Positions 9,184 to 18,100 of a stretch of DNA of 64,000 bases are shown here, piece by piece. A program made the translations under genes and the position numbers. The notes beneath the pieces were generated by a model. The model saw only the letters and a list, made by a program, of their open reading frames with translations, had not been told where the DNA came from and made no database searches. The DNA comes from an uncultured SAR86 cluster bacterium (lineage in GTDB: Bacteria > Pseudomonadota > Gammaproteobacteria > Magnimaribacterales > AG-339-G14): NCBI GenBank assembly GCA_902526045.1, contig CABZJI010000001.1, forward strand, positions 189,248 to 253,247, in the 5' to 3' direction. How positions within the stretch are numbered: position 1 is the stretch's first letter; every line of letters starts with the position of its first letter.

Positions 9184-10737
9184 TTAGGGTTTTATCACCG
9201 TTGGGTTAGTGAGATTCATCTTTTTTGGATAATCTATAGAGAAGTGCAAGCCTCGACTCTCCTTTCTTAATTGCGCGCTTTTAATTATATGCTCAGCAAC
9301 TTGAGTAAGGTTTCGTAACTCAATCAAATCTGAGGTAACTGAAAAGTTCCAGTAATAATCTTCCACTTCTGCTTGGATAGATGCTAATTCACTAGCTGCT
9401 TTGGTTAAACGTTTATTCGATCGAACGATGCCAACGTAGTCCCACATCAAACGTCTTACAAGATTCCAATTGTGATTGACAATAATTTTCTCATCCGATT
9501 CCACTACCATTGAGCTGTCCCACATTGGCAGTTCCGGCTGGTCAGCGGTTTTGTCGTTTAAAATGACCTCAGCTGCTGCCTTACCGAAAACAATACATTC
9601 CAGTAACGAATTAGAAGCCATGCGATTAGCCCCGTGCAAACCCGTATAAGAAACTTCTCCGATGGCGAAAAGCCCTTCGATATCGGTCTTGCCTGATAGA
9701 TCTACCATAACCCCTCCGCAGGTATAATGAGCAGCCGGAACCACTGGGACAGGAACTTTACTCATATCGTAACCAAAGGATAAACATGTCTCAAAGATGC
9801 TTGGAAATTTTTTTTGGATTACTGATTTTTCAGTGTGGGTCATATCCAACATCACGTGGTTTAAACCAGAGCGCTTCATCTCAAAATCAATCGACCGGGC
9901 GACAACATCTCTGGAGGCCAAATCACCCCGCACATCAAAACGTTCCATAAAAGCATCGCCGTCTGGAAGTCTTAAAATAGCGCCTTCTCCACGCAGCGCT
10001 TCACTAAGTAAAAAAGATTTTGCTTGCGGATGATAAAGACAGGTGGGATGAAATTGGTTGAACTCCATATTTGCCAGACGACAGCCAGCTCGCGCTGCAA
10101 GAGCGTATCCATCTCCGCTGGCTCCGTCTGGATTGCTGGTATAAAAATAGACTTTGCTGGCTCCCCCGGTAGCAAGAACGGTAGTGCTGGCAGAAAAAGT
10201 TTTAATCATGCCGGTGGTTCTTTCAAGGATATACGCTCCTAGACAACGCTCCCCGTCTTTAATCAAATCAACAGCGAGGTGTTTTTCGTAAACGGTAATG
10301 TTTTGATGTTGTCTGACTCGTTGTGCCAACGAATCAGAGATTTCTCTGCCCGTGGTGTCGTCGGAATGAATCACACGCCGCTGACTGTGGCCACCTTCTT
10401 GAGTCAAATGGTAACTGTCCCCGTCAGCCGTTCTGGTAAACTCAACACCCATGTCGATCAACCACTCGATTGCAGCTTTACTGTTTTCAATCGTAAAGCG
10501 AACTGCTTGCTCATCACAAATGCCATCGCCTACCCTTAAAGTATCTTGGATATGACTTTCAACGGTATCCTCTTTGGCTAGCACAGCAGCAATTCCACCT
10601 TGCGCGTACCATGTTGAGCTATCAACGAGGGTTTCTTTGGAGATCAACGTTACTTTTCTGTGATCGGCTAGATTCAGCGCCAAAGTTAGACCCGCCGCAC
10701 CGCTGCCAATGATCAAAACATCAGATTTTAAGTTCAC
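9184..10737 (-). CDS. nadB: L-aspartate oxidase
   Basis: 517 aa. It has the FAD motif VLIIGSGAAGL, QGGIAA, HSQRRVIH and the succinate-DH/fumarate-reductase-type flavoprotein core RGEGAILR...RDVVAR. Confidence 0.93.
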   Translation of the reverse strand: MNLKSDVLIIGSGAAGLTLALNLADHRKVTLISKETLVDSSTWYAQGGIAAVLAKEDTVESHIQDTLRVGDGICDEQAVRFTIENSKAAIEWLIDMGVEFTRTADGDSYHLTQEGGHSQRRVIHSDDTTGREISDSLAQRVRQHQNITVYEKHLAVDLIKDGERCLGAYILERTTGMIKTFSASTTVLATGGASKVYFYTSNPDGASGDGYALAARAGCRLANMEFNQFHPTCLYHPQAKSFLLSEALRGEGAILRLPDGDAFMERFDVRGDLASRDVVARSIDFEMKRSGLNHVMLDMTHTEKSVIQKKFPSIFETCLSFGYDMSKVPVPVVPAAHYTCGGVMVDLSGKTDIEGLFAIGEVSYTGLHGANRMASNSLLECIVFGKAAAEVILNDKTADQPELPMWDSSMVVESDEKIIVNHNWNLVRRLMWDYVGIVRSNKRLTKAASELASIQAEVEDYYWNFSVTSDLIELRNLTQVAEHIIKSAQLRKESRGLHFSIDYPKKMNLTNPTVIKP

Positions 10738-10788
10738 TCAGAAACGTTACGATAAAAAGCTGCTTAATGGGCAACTAAGCATAGACAA

Positions 10789-10998
10789 TTAACTGAGCAT
10801 ACGAACCATCGCAGCAACGCTCACCAACAACACTAAACCAAGAAAGACCCAGCGGTACCACCAGTAACGCCGACTCGTCCAATCTATTTTATTGTCACGG
10901 TTGCGTTGGCTGGCAGAGGCGCGAAAACGACTCAGGTAGAAAAATACAGCCAGCGATACGACGATAAGACCGCCGAAAAATAACGTATTTAGATCCAT
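10789..10998 (-). CDS. small two-TM membrane protein (hypothetical)
   Basis: 69 aa with two hydrophobic helices. Its start overlaps the stop of the upstream BI-1-like gene by 1 nt (both at 10998). Confidence 0.45.
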   Translation of the reverse strand: MDLNTLFFGGLIVVSLAVFFYLSRFRASASQRNRDNKIDWTSRRYWWYRWVFLGLVLLVSVAAMVRMLS

Positions 10999-11756
10999 TA
11001 ACGGCTGCGAATTTTCGCAAGCAATCTGAGCATTTCAAGGTACAGCCAGATCAAAGTGACCATCAAGGCAAACGCACCAAACCATTCCATGTAACGGGGC
11101 GCGCCGCGCTCTGCGCCATCTTCAATAAAATCAAAATCTAACACCAAATTCATTGCAGCAATACCGACAACGAAAAGACTGAAGCCGATACCGAATAATC
11201 CGTTGGAGTGAATGAAACCAATGCCCGAACCAAAGAGACTCATGACAAAACTGATTGCATACAAGACCGCAATTCCCATAGTGGCCGAGACAACCATCAA
11301 ACGGAAATTCTCTGTCGGCTTAATCACACCTGTTTTATAAAGCACCAATAAAGAAGCCAAGGTTCCAAAAGTAAGACCCGTGGCTTGAATAACAATGCCC
11401 GGGTACATGCTTTCAAATGCTGCTGAAATACCGCCCAAGAAAAGGCCTTGTAAAACTGCGTAAATAGGAGCTGTGTACATGGCTAAGGTTGGTCTAAACA
11501 TGGTAATCACCGCAAAAATCATGCCGCCAAACAAACCTACCGGCATTAAAAAGCCTGCGCTGCCGGTGGAATAGAATTGATTCCAAGTAAACAAAGCTCC
11601 GCCAACCACCAGGGCGAGCAAGATACCAACTTTGTTGACCGTGCCTTGTAAAGACATGGTTTTAGCGCTGGCAGTTTCAAATCCAGCAAAGGTCGCATCG
11701 CTAAGCGTTGGATTTCCCGATCTGCCGAGCATTCTTAAGGCGTTATGTTTTGTCAT
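10998..11756 (-). CDS. Bax inhibitor-1/YccA-like integral membrane protein
   Basis: 252 aa. The soluble N-terminus (RSGNPTL...MSLQGTVNK) is followed by about 7 TM helices, as in BI-1-like proteins. Confidence 0.75.
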   Translation of the reverse strand: MTKHNALRMLGRSGNPTLSDATFAGFETASAKTMSLQGTVNKVGILLALVVGGALFTWNQFYSTGSAGFLMPVGLFGGMIFAVITMFRPTLAMYTAPIYAVLQGLFLGGISAAFESMYPGIVIQATGLTFGTLASLLVLYKTGVIKPTENFRLMVVSATMGIAVLYAISFVMSLFGSGIGFIHSNGLFGIGFSLFVVGIAAMNLVLDFDFIEDGAERGAPRYMEWFGAFALMVTLIWLYLEMLRLLAKIRSR

Positions 11757-11789
11757 GCAAACTCCATATTTGTGTAATATTATCCGTAT

Positions 11790-12125
11790 ATGAGTATTAT
11801 TGTTGCTTATTTATTTTTATCAATAGCTATCGTCACAGAAGTGATCGGGACTATATACTTGCGCGATACCGAAGGGTTTACGCGCCTGACGCCGAGCTTG
11901 ATCACCGCGGTTAGTTACGCAGCATCTTTTTACTTTATATCACTGACTCTAAAACAAATTCCAGTTGCCGTGACCTATGCCATTTGGTCCGGAGTAGGCC
12001 TGGTTTTGATCAATATATTTGCCGCCATCAAATACGGCCAGATGCCCAATTCGATCACAACCATGGGGATGGCTTTTATCATCTTGGGTGTGGTTCTTGT
12101 TAATTTCAACACCGGTGTTGATTAA
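11790..12125 (+). CDS. SMR-family small multidrug-resistance efflux protein
   Basis: 111 aa with 4 TM helices. The conserved membrane Glu lies in TM1 (AIVTEVIGT). Confidence 0.85.
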   Translation: MSIIVAYLFLSIAIVTEVIGTIYLRDTEGFTRLTPSLITAVSYAASFYFISLTLKQIPVAVTYAIWSGVGLVLINIFAAIKYGQMPNSITTMGMAFIILGVVLVNFNTGVD

Positions 12126-12194
12126 ATCAAAAAATACCTGAAAATAGGCATTCCAATTAGCTTTATAGCTTTGTAAATAGAGGAAGCTGTATTT

Positions 12195-15100
12195 TTGCGC
12201 TCAAATATGACAAGATGTCACAATATAAAAATTATGAGCAAGAAAGGGTTACATTTTCTTGCGCTATCTAAACCATCAACCATACTGTTTAGTGCGTTAC
12301 TTTTAATCGCGGGAGTAATCGGAGCGCAGGAACGAATCGGAGTCGCTGCCGCAGTCGACACCACCACTACTGATTTAACGCTTGAACAAGAGCGTAAGCT
12401 TGTCGACGAAGGTTACAAAATCATCCAAAACCATACGATTGAAACCGATGAAAAAGGAAAAGCACAAATGCTGCTCATCGACGGCACGGCGTTTACCGTT
12501 GGACCTAACTCGTCGGTCACTCTCGATTCCTTCATTTATAATCCGGAAACCGCTGAGGGTTCCTTGACGGTCACTAGTAAAGGCTTAATGCGTTTAGTCG
12601 GAGGAAAGGTCACTAAAAATAATCCTGCGATTATTCGAACGAATGCAGCCACCGTAGGTATCAGAGGGGGTATTGTCTTTGTTGATAGCGAAGGCGAGAC
12701 CACCGAGGCTTCGTTTATTTACGGTGATGAGATGACCGTCACGCCAACCTTAAATCAAGACGGCACGTACGTGTTAACACGAAACGGGTTTGTCGTCGTG
12801 GTCGACGATCCATTAGAAGACGTAGAAGACGTTTCCTTACTAACTGCAGAGCAACTTTTATCTATGCAAGAAAGTCTCCAGGGATCCCCGGAAGAGGAAG
12901 AAGAATCCGAAGAAGAGGCCAGTGAAGAGGGCGAAAGCGAAGACGAGGCTGAAGAAGAATCAGAGGAAGAAGGCGAAAGCGAAGACGAGGAATCTGAAGA
13001 AGAGAGCGAAACCGAAGAAGAAAGCAACGAAGAAGAATCAGAATCAGAAGATGAGTCCGAATCTAAAGAGAGTGAGGACAGTTCAGAGGAATCATCGGAG
13101 GAATCTGATAGCTCTGAATCTGATTCAGAATCAGAAGATAGCCCAGATAGTGAAGATAGTTCTGCCGATGAATCTACCGAGACTGAGGAACAACAAACCG
13201 ATGGCGCTTCTGATTCCGATGCCGATCAAGATGCAGTAGAGACAGATAGCGAAACCGATAGCGAGCCAGAAATAGATGAAAGCGCTCTGGACTCTAGCGG
13301 TATTTCCGATAACTCTTCGGACGTTGAACCTGATGAGCTGACCACAGCAACCGACATTGAAACCGGCGCAGACATCGATGTTGCCACCGATACAGAAACC
13401 GAGTCTTCTGAGGAAACCGAAGTTGTCGAGGACGTCAGCGAAGTCGCGCAAGAAACGGTTCAAGATACTTCGCAACAAGAAGAAACCGCTGAAGCCGCTG
13501 AAGGCACACCAATTGCCGATGCCCTAGCAGGCGAAACGCCAACCTCGTTAGCGGCAGATATCACGGTTGCCCCAACGTTATTGGAAAACACAACCAACGT
13601 CTCAATTGCGACTATCGATGTTGAGACCACGGGTAACAATCAAATTTCGGTAGAAATTGTCGGAGAAGATAGCGACAAAGTCACCTTCAACGAAGCAACT
13701 CAGGAAATTTTGCTTGTGTCTGGCTTGGATTTCGAAGACGACGATACGCTCGATATCACAGTCGTAATAAGCGATGCTTTCGGCAACGATCAAACAGAAG
13801 ATCTTATTGTTTCGGTAACCGATCAAAACGAAGCTCCGGTCTTATCATCGATGGAGCATAATAATTTGTTATCCGTTAATGCTTCTATCAACGACATACA
13901 AGCTAACGGTTCTAATATTAGTGAGACTACCGAAGTTGGTTCTGTCGTTGCTTCGATAGCCGTCACAGATCAAGACGGCGATGCAGTCCAATACAGTTTG
14001 TCCGGAGTTGGCAGTGAGAACTTTGCCATATCCTCAGCAGGCGAAATAACTTTAGCTGCAGCGCTTAATTTTGAGTCAGAAAGTTTATTTACCTTAGAGG
14101 TTACCTCAAGCGATGGTATCAATGAGATGACTGAGCAAGTCACCATTTATGTTATCAACGATAATGAGGCACCCTCCTTGACGCTGGATACCGATGTTTT
14201 TTCTATCAGTGAAGGAACCGCATTAAATTCTATTCTGTGGACTGCGGTAGGTGTTGATCCAGAAAACTCATCGATCAATTATTCTTTATCCGGGGGCGGC
14301 GATAAGTTTTCCATCGACAGTTCTGGAAAGATCACCTTAACGGATAGTCTGGATTACGAAACAAAGACGAGCTATGAGTTAACTATTTTTGCCAGTGACG
14401 GACTCTTCTCGGTGCCTAAAATAATCACTGTGACCGTTACCGATAGCAACGATGCACCCTCGCTATCCTCCTCAGTCGCATTCAATTCGTTTCTAGAGAA
14501 CACCTCAGTGGGCACGACCATCGCGACTGCAACGGCAACTGATCCAGAAAATAACACTTTGACTTATTCTTTATCAGGTACGGGAAGCGATAAATTTACC
14601 GTTGATTCTAACGGAAACGTGACTTTAGCGAGCGCGTTAGATTATGAAACGGCTACTTCTTATGCAATTAATTTGAATGTTTCGGACGGCACCAATTCAG
14701 TAACCGATGTATTGAATATTAACGTGGGCAACGTATCAGAATTTAGTTATTCGGGGAGCTTGGTCTCTGGTACACAAGCCGAAAACATCAGCACTGGCAC
14801 GGTCATTCTTAATTCCAGCGTCAGCGGCGCAGAGGGAACCGTGAGTTATTCACTCTCCGATCCAGATAATAAATTTGCTATCAATTCATCAACCGGGGAA
14901 GTCACCTTGGCAAATGCCTTGGACTACGAAGTAAAAACCTCGCACTCTTTCACGGTGAGTGTTACCGACGGATCAAGCACAACATCGAACACCTTTTCGT
15001 TATCCCTAAGCGATGTCAGCTTTGGTTCTTTGGTGGCTGCTTTAGCAAGCTCTTCATTTTCAGAATCCGCTAGCGTTGGCACTGCTGTCTCGAGCGTCTC

Positions 15101-18100
15101 GAGCATAGAAGCAGACGGCTCACCGACTTACAGCATTACTGCCGGCAACGGAGCAAGTAAATTTACAGTTAATTCTTCAACGGGTGCCATCACCACTGCA
15201 GCTGCTTTAGATTTCGAAACTGCGAAATCTTACGATCTAACTTTGACAGCCAGCCTAGGCGGTCAAACAACGTCCACCACCGTAACGGTGCCGGTGCAAA
15301 ACGTAGAGGATTTTGAATCCTTAGGAATTCGATACAACCCTAATCACAGCGGCAGTGTTTCGACCACTGGAGCATGGCTACAAACTGCTTCTCCAAATAC
15401 CAACATGCAAGAAGAACAGGGGTTGAAAGTAGATCAGGCTGCGGCTAACAATAAAGAAGGGCTTTTAGCTAACACTTCCGGCTATTTCGTATCTCTCGTA
15501 GATGGCGATGGCCAGTACGGTGCATCAATCACTTACGACAGGCTTGATTTTAATTACAAAATTCCAATTTGTGACTCATCATGCACTTACGGCAAACTAT
15601 TTTATACGCCAAGTCAAAGTAATTTCGAAACCAGCAACGACGAAGCTAAGTTTGTCTGGTACGACTCAGATATGGGCACGCCGAACGATATTAATTACGA
15701 TGAAGACGAGGTTATCAATGCTGGAGCCTATTTTTCTCGAGATAGCGTTGGTAGCGCTAAATATCCTTTTTGGTGGATGATGACGGATAAAGCAGCAGTT
15801 TCCACGACACATTGGCCCTTAACTGAGCCAGAAATCCACGATTGGAGCTCCATCAAACTTTTATGCATCGGAGTGGCTTATCAGTACTGCTCCAATCAAC
15901 TTACTCAAGCAGGGAATGGATTGGAGGATATTTCCGTTACTTCGCTAGCACCAACTAGCTACGATCAACTTGAGGACGTCAGTAATCTCTCCCAATACAA
16001 CATTATCGTTGATACCGATTATTATTATCGCTCTGCAGCAGAACACGAAGCGGATAAAGACGATTTTGTAGATTGGATGAAGCTTGATTCCTCAATCCTT
16101 TACATAAAAATTTATTCTGAGAGTTCATATGCCGCCAATAGCGATGTGACTACCGGCACACAGTCTTGGGTGCAAGCTATCGGTGGCGATTTTACGGTGA
16201 GTAGTTCCAATCATACTGGGTCCGGTGGTTGGCGATCGATGGGCGGAACTCTCACGAACGATAAACTCCATCGTTCTTTCAACGACATTAAATTAGGAGT
16301 GAATACTCCTGGAAAAGCTATCACATCGGCTACCAACGGAATACCGATGTTTTGCAATTCAAACACGATTACTGGCTCCGGTTTTTCAGAGCCTTGCATA
16401 ACAGCTTATTTTAATAACGACGATCTGGATTCTGGAGTTAAAGCGGACCTCTTTATAGTAGGCGACTCCCACAGTATTTTTGGCTACGGCAATTCGCTTC
16501 ATACTGGACAAGATAACGAAGAAATAGTTGTAAAATTGATCAACGGTGCTTTGGATCGAACCCAAACCACATACACCACTTACGAAGACCAAATTAATAT
16601 CGCCACGGAAGCCTACACCGACTCACAATTCAACGCCTTCACCAATAACGGCACCACCAAACGCGTGGTTGCTTTTGCGCCCATCCCCATAGAGGTAACC
16701 GATGATCAAGCCGGAAATACTTATTCTCATTACTTTTATCCAAATTTCGTGCCGGTTGTGAATACTACTGTTGATACTGCATTGGAAAGACAGTATCGAA
16801 GAAGTCATCACGGCGGGCGTTTTTCTGAAACTATGGATTATTGTGAAGCGTTAGGCCTTTCTGTATCCGAATCCAGTGAATGCGGATCTGGGAATGTATA
16901 CAAACAATACACATGGATGGAACAAGCTTTAGAGGATCCAGACTCTTCCGGCAACGGTGCTGATATCAAAGGCGGACGATTTCAGGCCTTTTATAATGAG
17001 GATAGGTGGGTTCAAGACGATCTGAATCTTGGTAGTTCGCTTTGGTATCAGGTGTTAAACCCTAACGGTAAAGGCGTTGGTATACACGCTCAATTTCTTC
17101 TTCAAGATTGCTTTAATACCCAAGCTCAATGTGACGATGGCTATAAAGGTATGGCCGACGACGGACTACGAGAACATCAACAAACTTTTTTTAGCGTATC
17201 GATTGGTACTTTGGATAAAAGAAGTTCTGATACTACGAGATATTCCGCTGGCGATACCGGCTATGCATTCTCTGGTGGGACTTACTTCTCTCACGAATGG
17301 AACACTATGGATGTAAATATTTCGGATGATTTAAATAAAATAATGAGCGGTTACATCCCTATGGAATGCGTTAGTTCATTTAACTCAGGTTGTTTGTTTG
17401 CCTCAGAAGCTCAATGGGATTCAAGTGCTTCCAATCGCCCGATAGGGATGATGATGACCAATTCCGATCCGTATAAAAAATCCGATATGACCTTAGGCGT
17501 TCTCATGGATGGATACAGAGATACTTCGCCTTTTGTTACAGCGCCGCCAATGAATCAAATGATGATTTCACAGCGCATAGCTTCATCCACTTCAAACGTT
17601 ATCAGCGGCGCTCCGATCACAGATTCTTATTACGGTCCTTGGAACAACCAGGGTTGGTCTTTGTATCATGATGAAGCAGTTTCTACTTATTCTCCTGCTA
17701 TGAGTAGCATCCCTCACATTATTGCTGTTTCTGCTAGAGTGCCGAGTCTTAATACAACCATTTGGTATCAAACAGGGACTTCCTATCAATGGACCTTGAA
17801 AGTCAATTCTTCCGGTTACCTAGATTTAACCGCATGGCATGGATCACATAATAAAGGCTTCACGTTCACCGCTTCTGACAATCAACTATCAGTAGATACC
17901 GATTATGGATTTATCTTTGAATACGTTGGCGGTTCTTGCAGTAATAATTGCGATGCAAGCAGCCTTTTCACAGTAAAAGTCGTCAATATGTCTACCGGTG
18001 CGGTCTCTACTCCCAATGGATCGTGGAGTTACACTCAACACAATAACTTAGGCTCTAGCGTGTTAAGCGGTTCTGGAGATTTATATTTTCTTAGCTGCAG

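Noticed and set aside
12755-13478. Three long ORFs from the track (12755-13027 minus, 12922-13239 plus, 13131-13478 minus) lie inside or antisense to the giant gene.
   Set aside because: They sit entirely within the GAA/GAG/TCN low-complexity acidic tract. Their translations are poly-Ser or poly-Lys/Arg nonsense typical of alternate frames of a purine-rich repeat. The in-frame giant ORF explains the region.
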